Shown here one piece after another: positions 34,198-44,003 of a stretch of DNA of 44,003 nucleotides. The notes under the pieces were generated by a model. That model was not told where the DNA came from, did not search any database, and saw only the letters and a program-made list of their open reading frames with translations. The stretch is from Candidatus Omnitrophota bacterium. GTDB taxonomy: Bacteria > Omnitrophota > Omnitrophia > Omnitrophales > Aquincolibacteriaceae. The first letter of the stretch is position 1. The number at the start of each line of letters is the position of its first letter. The stretch spans positions 1-44,003 of the forward strand of contig JBAZJC010000001.1 of NCBI GenBank assembly GCA_041651495.1. The letters are read 5' to 3'. The translations under genes were made by a program, and so were the position numbers.

Positions 34198-35309
34198 AAA
34201 TCGATATCATTCACGCCACGGCCGGGGAAGGGCATCGCAAGATCGCGATGGCAGTCCAGGATGGCCTTGCGCGTCTCAGTCCAGGCAGCCTTCAAGTTCG
34301 TTCGCTTAACTGCCTTGATTACACTGATGCCGCTTTTCAAAAAACCTACGCTCCTCTTTATTACTGGTCTGTCAGGCACGCCCCGGACCTTTGGGGATGG
34401 TCTTATGAGACGTTGGATCACGCATGGGTCTATCAACTTATTCGGCCGCTGCGTTCGCTCACGAACACCCTCCACGCGAAGCGTTTGCTGGAGGATATCA
34501 TCCGGAACCAACCCGATGTTATTGTCTCGACCCATTTTCTCCCACCCGAGATCCTGGGACGCGCCAAACAAAAGGGACTGATCCGGTCGAGAATGATCAC
34601 CGTTGTTACGGATTTTTATCCCCACACGTTCTGGATCAATCCCGGAACTGATCACTACTGGGTCATGGCCGATGAGACCAAGCAGGACCTGGCCCGTCGC
34701 GGCATTCCGGAAGAGATCATTACCGCCGGTGGCATTCCCATCCTTCCAACCTTCAAGCCTACAGGGAGAAAATCAGAAATCTTGAGGAAAAACGGCTTCG
34801 ACGAAAAACGTTTCACTCTTTTTCTTACAAGCGGAAGTTTTGGCCTCGGACCGCAAGAAGTGATCCTGGAAGAACTCAAGGCATTCAAGGACAGAGTCCA
34901 GTGTTTTGTAGTCTGCGCCAACAATAAAAAACTCAAGACGATCCTGGACAGCAAAACCTATCCCTATCCTGTAAAGATCTTCGGCTTCGTCGATTTTATG
35001 CCCGATCTCATGGAAGCAAGCGATCTCATGGTCGCGAAATCCGGAGGCTCCACAACCTCCGAGGCCCTGACCAAGGGCGTGGTCATGGTCGTCACGGCAC
35101 CGATCCCCGGGCAGGAAACCCGGAATGTAAAACTTCTGAAAATACGCGACGCCGCGTATTTTTTGAACAACCCGCACGAGATCCACAACATCGTCAAAGG
35201 CATCTTGGACGATCCTTCGACCTTGCAGAAAAAACGTGATGCCCTGAGACGTCTGGCAAAACCCGATGCTTCTGATGATCTCGCCAAAATGATCCTGGCC
35301 TGGAAATAG
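34194..35309 (+). CDS. MGDG-synthase-like / GT28 diacylglycerol glycosyltransferase
   Basis: N-terminal IIHATAGEGHRKIAMAV and C-terminal GT28-like ...AKSGGSTTSEAL. ATGA overlap with gmhB. Confidence 0.7.
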   Translation: MKIDIIHATAGEGHRKIAMAVQDGLARLSPGSLQVRSLNCLDYTDAAFQKTYAPLYYWSVRHAPDLWGWSYETLDHAWVYQLIRPLRSLTNTLHAKRLLEDIIRNQPDVIVSTHFLPPEILGRAKQKGLIRSRMITVVTDFYPHTFWINPGTDHYWVMADETKQDLARRGIPEEIITAGGIPILPTFKPTGRKSEILRKNGFDEKRFTLFLTSGSFGLGPQEVILEELKAFKDRVQCFVVCANNKKLKTILDSKTYPYPVKIFGFVDFMPDLMEASDLMVAKSGGSTTSEALTKGVVMVVTAPIPGQETRNVKLLKIRDAAYFLNNPHEIHNIVKGILDDPSTLQKKRDALRRLAKPDASDDLAKMILAWK

Positions 35310-35314
35310 TTCCG

Positions 35315-35989
35315 ATGCCAAAGAATGAGGCCCTCTTATTTCTGAAAACCCTGAAGGAAGACGGCATTGAGCATGTCTATGTAGAAAAAAGACCTGCAGG
35401 CCCCCAAAACGATCCTTCGACTCCGGCGAATGAGGAGATCCAGGAACTCCGCGACAAGGTCCTGAAATGCAAACTTTGCTCCGAGCTCGCGAGAACTCGT
35501 CACAAGGTCGTTTTTGGCGCCGGCAATCTTCGTGCCAAACTTGTTTTTGTGGGTGAAGCGCCTGGCGCCGATGAAGACCAGCAGGGACTTCCGTTCGTCG
35601 GACGCGCCGGCCAGTTACTCACCAAGATCATCGAAGCCATGGAAATGACCCGTGACCAGGTCTTCATCTGCAACGTCCTTAAATGCCGGCCTCCGCACAA
35701 CCGTCCGCCGGCTCCAGGGGAAGTCGTCAACTGCCGTCCTTATCTCAAACGTCAGCTTGAAATCATTAAACCGAAAGTAATCGTTGCGCTCGGGAACCAT
35801 GCGGTCAAAGCGCTTCTGCAAACTGACAGGGGGATCTCGCAACTCCGCGGCTCGTTCCAGGAATATGAAGGCATCCCGGTCATGTGCACCTATCACCCGG
35901 CGTACCTTCTGCGAAGCCCGGGTGAGAAACGCAAAGTCTGGGAAGACATGAAGAAAGTCATGCAGTTTCTTGCAAAGCCTGAGGAATGA
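35315..35989 (+). CDS. Family 4 uracil-DNA glycosylase
   Basis: C..C...VFGAGN...[26 protein letters not shown]...CNVLKCRPP. Confidence 0.88.
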   Translation: MPKNEALLFLKTLKEDGIEHVYVEKRPAGPQNDPSTPANEEIQELRDKVLKCKLCSELARTRHKVVFGAGNLRAKLVFVGEAPGADEDQQGLPFVGRAGQLLTKIIEAMEMTRDQVFICNVLKCRPPHNRPPAPGEVVNCRPYLKRQLEIIKPKVIVALGNHAVKALLQTDRGISQLRGSFQEYEGIPVMCTYHPAYLLRSPGEKRKVWEDMKKVMQFLAKPEE

Positions 35990-36009
35990 CGGACTCACGG
36001 TGAAAGTGC

Positions 36010-38079
36010 ATGCCCACTAAAACCAATTTGAATGCCGATCAGATTGCTCAAGTCGCGGTTCCGCTCCCGATCCCCAATGTCTTCAGTTATCTGATCCCGG
36101 AATCTCTTCTCGCCAAGGCTATCCCGGGCGTTCGTGTGACCGTTCCGTTCCGCAACACTGAGATCACCGGATACATCGTAGCCATTGAAAGCCCGGCTTC
36201 CACGAAAAAACTCAAGACCATTCTCGCGATCCTCGACGACCAGGCCGTTCTCTCGCCCGCTATGCTTCAGCTCACAAAATGGGTGGGAGAATATTACGGC
36301 TCCAGCTGGGGAGAAGCGATCGAGAACGCGCTTCCGCGCTGGGTGAAATACGGAAAAAAGACCGAAAAGTATCTTGAGAAGGCAAAACAGAAAAATCCGG
36401 CACCGGCCAAACCGCCGCCGGAGTACACCCTTTCTGAAGAGCAGGAAAAAGCATTCCGTGTCATTGACAAAGCATTGACCGCAAAGCATTCCAAACCGAT
36501 GCTGATCTATGGAGTCACAGGAAGCGGCAAAAGTGAACTTTATATCCGGGCAATCCGTCAAACCCTGAAACAAAACCGCGCCGCGATCTGCCTCGTCCCT
36601 GAAATCGCACTCACCGAACAGCTCGAACGTTTCTTTGCCGGACATTTCGGAAATAGCCTTGAGATCCTTCACAGTAAAATGACCGACGGCGAGCGATTCC
36701 TCACCTGGAAACGTATCGAGATGGGAACCTGTAATGTCGTGCTCGGACCGCGTTCCGCGGTGTTCGCGCCTGTCCCGAACCTCGGTCTCATCATCATGGA
36801 CGAAGAACACGAGGGCTCGTACAAGCAGGAGACCACGCCACGCTACCATGCCCGCGAAGTCGCTGCCTGGCGCACGCAACACGAAAATGCGCTTTTTTTA
36901 ATGGGCACGGCAACGCCCTCCCTGGAAAGCATGGCGCTCGCGGAACAGGGAAAAATCGACCGCGTCGACCTTACGGAAAGGATCGATCAAAAGGCCATGC
37001 CCAAAGTCGAGGTGATCGATCTCAAGCGCTACGAAGGGGACAAACGTCCGAGCCTGCTTTTTTCGCCGCCCCTTATGCGTGAGATCGAAACCAATCTTAA
37101 AAACCGTGAAGGGACCATGCTTCTTCTCAATCGCCGTGGTTTTTCCACTTCAATCCGCTGCCCAAAATGCGGCAAGGTCGAAGAGTGCAAGCTCTGCCAG
37201 GTCTCTCTCACGTTTCACCAGGAAAAGAACCTTCTGCTCTGTCACTACTGCAATTATCAGAAAAAAGTCCCGGACGTTTGCGGCGAATGCAAGGCCCCCA
37301 TGCTCCGTTTCATGGGGTTCGGCACGGAGAAGGTTGAAAGTGAAATCGCCCGGTTTTTCCCGGCCGCCCGCATCGCAAGGATGGATGCGGATACCACCCT
37401 GAAAAAGGATTCCCACGAAAAAATTCTGGAAAGATTCCGGGAACAGAAGATCGACATCCTGATCGGGACGCAGATGATCGCCAAGGGTTTCGACTTTCCG
37501 CATGTGACCCTGGTGGGCGTGGTGCTCGCGGACGTGGGACTCCGGCTTCCGGATTTCCGCTCCAGCGAACGGACGTTCCAGCTTCTCACGCAATTCGCGG
37601 GCCGCGCGGGCAGGGGCATCAAACCCGGTCGTGTCATTATCCAGACCTGGATGCCGGAGCACCCGAGCATCCGGTTCGCCAAGGAACATGATTTTCTCGC
37701 CTTCTACGCTCATGAAAAACAGTGCCGTGAAGAATTCCATTATCCCCCGTACCGCTCGCTCGTGAACATCATCGTCCGCTCGCATGACGAGAAAAAGGCA
37801 TATCTGTTTGCAAGAGAAATCCGGGATGCCTTGCGCGGGGAACGGGAAACGGGGAACGAAACGTTCAACGTTGGCCGTTTCCCGTTAGCCGGAGCGGAGA
37901 TCATAGGCCCGGCACCGCTTCCGTTCTACAAATTGCGCGGTCATTTCCGCTGGCACGTCATGCTAAAACTTCCTAAAGGGGAAATTCTGACTCCCCGGAT
38001 ATACCAGACCCTGGTGGGCCTTAAAAAACCGTCCGCCGTCGCTTTCGCCATGGACGTTGACCCTCTTAATATTCTCTGA
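36010..38079 (+). CDS. priA: Primosomal protein N' (replication restart helicase PriA)
   Basis: Walker A is GVTGSGKSE, the DEEH box is MDEEHE, the Cys-rich Zn region is CPKCG...CKLCQ...CHYCN...CGEC, and the C-terminus has IIGPAP...LRGHFRWH. Confidence 0.93.
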   Translation: MPTKTNLNADQIAQVAVPLPIPNVFSYLIPESLLAKAIPGVRVTVPFRNTEITGYIVAIESPASTKKLKTILAILDDQAVLSPAMLQLTKWVGEYYGSSWGEAIENALPRWVKYGKKTEKYLEKAKQKNPAPAKPPPEYTLSEEQEKAFRVIDKALTAKHSKPMLIYGVTGSGKSELYIRAIRQTLKQNRAAICLVPEIALTEQLERFFAGHFGNSLEILHSKMTDGERFLTWKRIEMGTCNVVLGPRSAVFAPVPNLGLIIMDEEHEGSYKQETTPRYHAREVAAWRTQHENALFLMGTATPSLESMALAEQGKIDRVDLTERIDQKAMPKVEVIDLKRYEGDKRPSLLFSPPLMREIETNLKNREGTMLLLNRRGFSTSIRCPKCGKVEECKLCQVSLTFHQEKNLLLCHYCNYQKKVPDVCGECKAPMLRFMGFGTEKVESEIARFFPAARIARMDADTTLKKDSHEKILERFREQKIDILIGTQMIAKGFDFPHVTLVGVVLADVGLRLPDFRSSERTFQLLTQFAGRAGRGIKPGRVIIQTWMPEHPSIRFAKEHDFLAFYAHEKQCREEFHYPPYRSLVNIIVRSHDEKKAYLFAREIRDALRGERETGNETFNVGRFPLAGAEIIGPAPLPFYKLRGHFRWHVMLKLPKGEILTPRIYQTLVGLKKPSAVAFAMDVDPLNIL
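37838..37889. repeat. Palindromic heptad-repeat element, copy B, lying in-frame inside priA
   Basis: AACGGGAAACG at 37841-37851 and CGTTTCCCGTT at 37876-37886, with a 24-nt spacer. These are the same arms as copy A. Confidence 0.7.
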
Positions 38080-38102
38080 GACTGAAAAACTGACGCCCCC
38101 TG

Positions 38103-38147
38103 AATTGTCGCGCATGCGCGACAATTGGTCGGCCCGCCGACCAATTG
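38103..38147. repeat. Two overlapping GC-rich perfect palindromes downstream of priA (possible terminator or protein-binding sites)
   Basis: AATTGTCGCGCA/TGCGCGACAATT at 38103-38126 (12+12). CAATTGGTCGGC-CC-GCCGACCAATTG at 38122-38147. No U-tract follows. Confidence 0.5.
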
Positions 38148-38382
38148 GACAGTCAAGCTGCCCATTTCAACGCCAGGTTTTTGACAGTTTTAATTTCCCA
38201 GCACGCTGGAAAATCCGTATTTTCCCAGTAGGTGGCGCCCGCGCCAGAATTGGTTTCTGCTAACACCTACCGTGAGCCGCTCTCCGATTTTTTGATTCGC
38301 CAAAAGTCCAAAAGTGGGGGATAATATCCCCTCGTTGCAAACAGTTTTTCTGAATATACTCGAATAGAAAAGGAGAACGATC

Positions 38383-39126
38383 ATGAACCTGAAAAGAACC
38401 GCTTACCTTCCATGTTTTATCCTGGTATTACTCGCCCTGTCTTTTTCGGGATGTTCGACAGCAAGCGTGGGAACTCCGTCGGGATTTTTGAAGAATTATT
38501 CGAATCTTGGGGAAGGCACCTATTTCAAGCAAGAGCATATCGATAAGGGTGCTGACTTCAAAGCCTACAAAGCCGTCAAAGTCGCGCCGGTCAACCTGAG
38601 TTATCTCGACAATCAGAGTTCCTGCGATGTCAAAGATCTTGAGGACCTTGCCAAGGAGTTCCGCGCGAATGTCGAGGCCCAGCTGAAAAAAAGCAGTTTT
38701 ACAGTCACCTCAAATCCCCACGATAAAGCCCTCGTAATCAGTTTGGCGCTCACGAATATAGAAACCCCCAACCGTCTGCTCAATGCCGGGCTCACCGCAG
38801 CAAGCTTTGCGTCACCAGTCCCGCTCCCGTTTGATCAGGACGGCAAGACGTCGTTCGAAGGGAAGATCACCGACGGCACAACCGGCGAACCCCTCATGGA
38901 ATTCGCGGAAGAAAGGTCCGGCGCGGGCGACCACAGAAGTCTAAAGACTATGACGGTCGGCAAGTACCAAAAATTCACGAACACCCAGGCGGTTTTTGAA
39001 GGATGGGCAGAAACCATCGCAAAGATGCTCAAACACCTGACTGCTGGAACAAAGCCCAGCGAAGGTGAAAAAAATGCGGACACGGCCCAAACCCTCGTCG
39101 GGCAGGCAGCGGAACTTGCCATTTGA
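38383..39126 (+). CDS. Lipoprotein (DUF3313-like)
   Basis: Signal peptide with lipobox LSFSG|C. AAAGGAGA RBS. GFLKNYSNL...YKAVKVAPV resembles DUF3313 as I recall it. Confidence 0.65.
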   Translation: MNLKRTAYLPCFILVLLALSFSGCSTASVGTPSGFLKNYSNLGEGTYFKQEHIDKGADFKAYKAVKVAPVNLSYLDNQSSCDVKDLEDLAKEFRANVEAQLKKSSFTVTSNPHDKALVISLALTNIETPNRLLNAGLTAASFASPVPLPFDQDGKTSFEGKITDGTTGEPLMEFAEERSGAGDHRSLKTMTVGKYQKFTNTQAVFEGWAETIAKMLKHLTAGTKPSEGEKNADTAQTLVGQAAELAI

Positions 39127-39211
39127 TAAAATTCACATAAGAAGAACGAACATAATGCGTCGATCTCCAGACGCCGCACACCCTATGTGACACTCATAAT
39201 AGAATTTCACC

Positions 39212-39772
39212 ATGGCTACTAAACTTAAGATCCACACTTATCCTGATCCTGTCCTCAAAAAAAAAGCGGCGCCCGTAGCTGATTTCGGTCCCGCCATGCA
39301 GAAGCTTTTTGACGACATGATCGCAACCATGCATGCCGCCACCGGCGTGGGCCTCGCTGCACCCCAGATCGGGATCTCCCAGCAGATTTTTATTGCATGT
39401 CCGACCCTGCGTCGCGGTGAAGAATATGTCATCGTGAACGCCGTGATCGAAAAAAAATCGGGGACAGCCGTCGCGACCGAAGGATGTTTGAGCCTGCCCG
39501 GGATCTCCGGGGAAATCGCACGTGCCACCAAGCTCCGGCTGACCTTTCAAGATCACCTCGGAAAAAAACACACGGTCGAGGTTGGAGATTTTTTCGCCCG
39601 CGTCGTCCAGCACGAGATGGACCATCTGAGCGGCATTCTTCTGATCGATCATTTTTCCGGAAAAAAACGCGAGGAGCTTTTGACGCAATACGAAAAATCT
39701 AAAAATTCTCCCGCCAACCGGCGAGAAATCCTTAGCCAATACGAAAAAACAAGAAATTCCCCCACGCAATGA
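39212..39772 (+). CDS. def: Peptide deformylase
   Basis: GVGLAAPQIG, EGCLSLPG and QHEMDHL. Confidence 0.93.
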   Translation: MATKLKIHTYPDPVLKKKAAPVADFGPAMQKLFDDMIATMHAATGVGLAAPQIGISQQIFIACPTLRRGEEYVIVNAVIEKKSGTAVATEGCLSLPGISGEIARATKLRLTFQDHLGKKHTVEVGDFFARVVQHEMDHLSGILLIDHFSGKKREELLTQYEKSKNSPANRREILSQYEKTRNSPTQ

Positions 39773-40698
39773 AGATTGTCTTCTTCGGATCTGATGTCTT
39801 CTCCATCAAAGCCCTCGAAGCCTGCCTGCATTCCGGTATGGAACTCTCACGGGTCGTGACTACGCCCCCTCAAAAAAAAGGACGCGGCCTCAAACTCGAA
39901 CCCAGTGAGATCTTTGATTATTGTCAGGCAAAAAAACTTCCCATCGCCGAATATTCGACGCTTCGCGATGCCAGGGTCGTCCAGGAACTGGTCGCTCTGC
40001 GCCCGGACATTTTTGTCGTGGCCTCGTACGGAAAACTCATTCCGGCAAGTTTGCTCGAGATCCCAAAATACCGTCTCAATGTCCACCCGTCGCTTTTGCC
40101 GAAATACCGCGGCGCCGCTCCGATTCATTGGCCTATCCTGAACGGGGACACAGTGACCGGCGTGAGCATTATCGATATTGCAGAAAAACTTGATGCCGGC
40201 TGTATTTATTATCAGGAGCGGATCATGATCGGTCCACGGACCGACGCCGCGCAGCTCGCCTCAGAACTAGCCCGTTTTTCCTATGGGATTCTTAAAAAAG
40301 TCCTTACGCAAGTCACGGAGGGAAAGCTCCGGGGTGTTCCGCAAAATGAAGCCGAGGCCACGCTCGCACCCCAACTTTCCAAACAGGACGGAGCACTATC
40401 ACTCACAACCATGACCGCTGAAGCCATCGACCGTAAGGTCCGCGGACTTCAGCCCTGGCCGGGCACTTACTGTTTCATAAAAGGCGAACGCATCGCCCTG
40501 CTTGAGACCGACCTTCCCGCCACCGCAACCACGGAAAAACCGGGGGCACTTCTTACGATCGAAAAAGAAGGCGGCGTCCAGGTCGCGACTCTAGACGGGA
40601 TCCTCAAGATCCTCAGAGTCAAACCTGAAGGGAAAAAAGCCATGACAGCCGCCGACTTTGCCCGCGGGAGACACTTCGTCATCGGCGTAACGCTCTGA
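39769..40698 (+). CDS. fmt: Methionyl-tRNA formyltransferase
   Basis: MKIVFFGS..., NVHPSLLPKYRGAAPI, and the C-terminal domain. ATGA overlap with def. Confidence 0.93.
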   Translation: MKIVFFGSDVFSIKALEACLHSGMELSRVVTTPPQKKGRGLKLEPSEIFDYCQAKKLPIAEYSTLRDARVVQELVALRPDIFVVASYGKLIPASLLEIPKYRLNVHPSLLPKYRGAAPIHWPILNGDTVTGVSIIDIAEKLDAGCIYYQERIMIGPRTDAAQLASELARFSYGILKKVLTQVTEGKLRGVPQNEAEATLAPQLSKQDGALSLTTMTAEAIDRKVRGLQPWPGTYCFIKGERIALLETDLPATATTEKPGALLTIEKEGGVQVATLDGILKILRVKPEGKKAMTAADFARGRHFVIGVTL

Positions 40699-40733
40699 CC
40701 CAGCCACTGATAAGTTTTTCCAGGTGGAATTCC

Positions 40734-41909
<1,176 letters not shown>

Positions 41910-41936
41910 TCGCCCGGATTCGATAAGGCCCCGACC

Positions 41937-43205
41937 ATGAAAAAGAAAACGGTCAAAGACATCGACGTTCGCGGGAAGCGCATTCTCATGCGCGTGGATT
42001 TCAATGTGCCCATGAAAGACGGCGTCGTACAGGATGATACCCGTATCAAGGCCGCACTTCCCACGATCAAATATGTGCTTGAGCAGGGCGCCAAAAGCCT
42101 CGTACTCATGTCTCATCTCGGGGATCCCAAGAAGGACATGCAAAAGGCCAAGGAAAAAGCGGAAAAGGACGGCAAGCTGTTCGACGAGAAAAAATACATC
42201 GAAGGCAAACATAAAATGGCGCCGGTGGCCGCGCAACTCGCCAAACTGCTCGGGAAGGAAGTAAAACTCGCTCCCGCTTGCATGGGTCCCGAGACCGAAG
42301 CCATGGTCAAGGCGATCCCTCAGGGCGGCATCCTGATGCTCGAGAACACCCGTTTTCACAAGGAAGAAACATCGAAAGACCCGGCCGAACGTGAAAAAAT
42401 GGCCAAGGCCCTTGCTCAGTACGGCGACATTTTTGTCAATGACGCATTCGGCTCCGCACATCGTGCCCACGCTTCGACCGAAACCGTCGCGAAATATCTT
42501 CCGGCCGTGGCAGGATTTCTGATGGAAAAAGAACTGGATTATCTTCAGGAGAAGATCGTGGACAATCCGGCGCGTCCTTTTGTGGCGATCATCGGCGGCG
42601 CCAAAGTGTCGTCCAAGATCGCGGTCCTGGAAAGCCTGCTTACAAAAGTGGACCGGTTGATCGTCGGGGGCGGCATGGCTTACACATTCCTTAAAGCCAA
42701 AGGCCTTTCGGTCGGCACATCGCTGGTCGAGGAGGACATGATTGATACTGCACGACAAATCCTGCAGAAGGCCTACGAATCACATATCTATCTTTATCTT
42801 CCGATTGATCACATTGTAACCACAAAATTTTCTGCCGATGCCGAGCCCATACACGTGGCACGCGGCAACATCGAAAAGGATCAGATGGGAATGGACATCG
42901 GACCGCTCACGGTCGAAAAGTTCAAGGGCGCGATCAAGGGCGCCAAGACCGTTTTTTGGAACGGCCCGGTCGGCGTGTTCGAATTTCCAAAATTTGCCAA
43001 CGGCACCATGGCCATCGCAAAGGCAATCTCGGAACTTCCGGATTGCGTGACCGTAATAGGAGGCGGAGATTCGGTTTCCGCGGTGAATAAATCGGGAGTG
43101 GCGACAAAAATCTCTCATATTTCCACAGGCGGCGGCGCGTCACTCGAACTTGTGGAAGGCAAAGTGCTGCCCGGTGTGGCGGCACTTCTCGACAAGCAGT
43201 TTTAG
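41937..43205 (+). CDS. pgk: Phosphoglycerate kinase
   Basis: [11 protein letters not shown], the SHLGDP variant of [16 protein letters not shown], and GGGDS...STGGGASLE. Confidence 0.94.
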   Translation: MKKKTVKDIDVRGKRILMRVDFNVPMKDGVVQDDTRIKAALPTIKYVLEQGAKSLVLMSHLGDPKKDMQKAKEKAEKDGKLFDEKKYIEGKHKMAPVAAQLAKLLGKEVKLAPACMGPETEAMVKAIPQGGILMLENTRFHKEETSKDPAEREKMAKALAQYGDIFVNDAFGSAHRAHASTETVAKYLPAVAGFLMEKELDYLQEKIVDNPARPFVAIIGGAKVSSKIAVLESLLTKVDRLIVGGGMAYTFLKAKGLSVGTSLVEEDMIDTARQILQKAYESHIYLYLPIDHIVTTKFSADAEPIHVARGNIEKDQMGMDIGPLTVEKFKGAIKGAKTVFWNGPVGVFEFPKFANGTMAIAKAISELPDCVTVIGGGDSVSAVNKSGVATKISHISTGGGASLELVEGKVLPGVAALLDKQF

Positions 43206-43272
43206 TACTGCTAACCCATAGACTTGATCTTTAAGCAGTACAAGTAACCCAAGAAAGAAAAGAGCGAATCTT

Positions 43273-44003
43273 ATGAAAAAAAGACCCCTGATCGCCGGAA
43301 ACTGGAAGATGTACAAGACGACCTCCGAAGCCGTCACGCTTGTTCAGACGCTCAAAGCGGCCGCTCACACAGTTTCAAACGTCACGATCGTGATCTGTCC
43401 GCCCTTCACAGCTTTAAGCGAAGTTTCCAAAGTCCTGAAGGGCACCTCGATCGATCTCGGTGCCCAGAATATGTATTGTGCTCCGGAGGGCGCGTTTACG
43501 GGCGAGATTTCACCGACCATGCTCAAAGACTCCGGTTGCCGTTATGTGATCCTCGGACACTCCGAGCGCCGCCAATACTTCAAAGAGGACGATATCCTGA
43601 TCCACGAAAAAGTAAAGACAGCCCTCAAATACAGCATCATTCCGATCGTGTGCGTCGGCGAAACGCTCGCGGAGCGGGATGCGAAGAAGCATTTTGACGT
43701 GGTCAAAACACAATTTGATGAATCGATCGGCCGTCTCGAAAAAGAGGATATTGCCAAAATCGTCATCGCCTACGAACCCGTGTGGGCTATCGGCACGGGA
43801 AAGACCGCGACGCCGGACCAAGCCGAGCAGATGCATTCTTACATCCGCCGGCTCCTCAATGAGCGCTACAGTCAGGAGATCGGCAACCGTATTCCCATTC
43901 TTTACGGAGGAAGCGTCAAACCGGACAATACAAAATCCTTGCTGGAAAAACCCAATATCGACGGCGCTCTGGTCGGCGGGGCATCCCTCAAGGCAGAGTC
44001 CTT
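43273..44003 (+). CDS. tpiA: Triosephosphate isomerase (3' end beyond the window)
   Basis: My own translation is MKKRPLIAGNWKMYKT...ILGHSERR...AYEPVWAIGTGKTAT...YGGSVKP. It is absent from the ORF track because no stop codon lies in the window. Confidence 0.9.
   Translation, partial: MKKRPLIAGNWKMYKTTSEAVTLVQTLKAAAHTVSNVTIVICPPFTALSEVSKVLKGTSIDLGAQNMYCAPEGAFTGEISPTMLKDSGCRYVILGHSERRQYFKEDDILIHEKVKTALKYSIIPIVCVGETLAERDAKKHFDVVKTQFDESIGRLEKEDIAKIVIAYEPVWAIGTGKTATPDQAEQMHSYIRRLLNERYSQEIGNRIPILYGGSVKPDNTKSLLEKPNIDGALVGGASLKAES

Noticed and set aside
38334-38359. TTGCAA and TATACT hexamers upstream of the lipoprotein gene, considered as a promoter.
   Set aside because: The spacer is only 14 nt, outside the usual 16-18-nt window. 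I kept it as a note only.
38057-38384. Small ORFs in the priA-lipoprotein spacer: 38057..38263 (+), 68 aa, and 38190..38384 (-), 64 aa.
   Set aside because: Neither has an RBS. The first starts inside priA, and the translations run through the palindromes. The region is better explained as non-coding structured DNA or RNA.
43204-43241. An 8-bp inverted repeat (GTACTGCT...AGCAGTAC) between pgk and tpiA, considered as a possible terminator.
   Set aside because: The loop is long (22 nt), the stem is AT-rich, and no U-tract follows. The site sits inside a conserved gap-pgk-tpiA operon context where termination is unlikely. It is too weak to call.

Overview
This is a bacterial chromosomal window with diderm-type envelope genes. 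I cannot assign taxonomy from the sequence alone. Positions ~1-35,300 form one large cell-surface glycan (O-antigen/LPS-like) locus, almost all on the plus strand. Positions 35,300-44,003 are housekeeping genes: family-4 UDG, priA, a lipoprotein, def-fmt, and gap-pgk-tpiA (tpiA runs off the end). The glycan locus has four parts. (i) An AT-richer left module (1-11.2 kb) holds an ABC-transporter export pair (wzm, and wzt with a C-terminal extension). It is surrounded by many decorating enzymes: three TylF-type methyltransferases, a fourth putative sugar O-methyltransferase, and a minus-strand sulfotransferase. (ii) A translationally coupled 8-gene CDP-hexose operon (rfbF, rfbG, 3,5-epimerase, C-methyltransferase, two SDR reductases, a CmcI-like methyltransferase and a second Zn-ribbon methyltransferase). 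(iii) Heptose-nucleotide genes, an O-antigen-ligase-like membrane protein, GT2/GT4/GT9 transferases, and a carbamoyltransferase-SxtJ-DUF5989 module. (iv) A WbaP-like initiating phosphotransferase, a DegT aminotransferase, gmhB and an MGDG-synthase-like GT28. The most unusual item is an unrecognised ~130-aa beta-rich module present in three diverged paralogous copies. One copy is membrane-anchored and stand-alone, and two are fused to the N-termini of methyltransferases flanking wzm/wzt. The sulfotransferase also carries a discoidin-like insertion, and the 562-aa methyltransferase carries a C-terminal beta-rich extension. Together these suggest a set of glycan-binding-module-bearing capping enzymes feeding a cap-reading ABC exporter. 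Other observations: a heptad-based palindromic repeat found once intergenically and once in-frame inside priA; a domain-inverted HldE-like fusion; a palindrome-dense 300-bp spacer after priA; and an unlisted 52-aa DUF5989-like ORF. No rRNA, tRNA, CRISPR array, transposase or integrase was seen. All functional calls come from motif recognition by eye. No database search was run.
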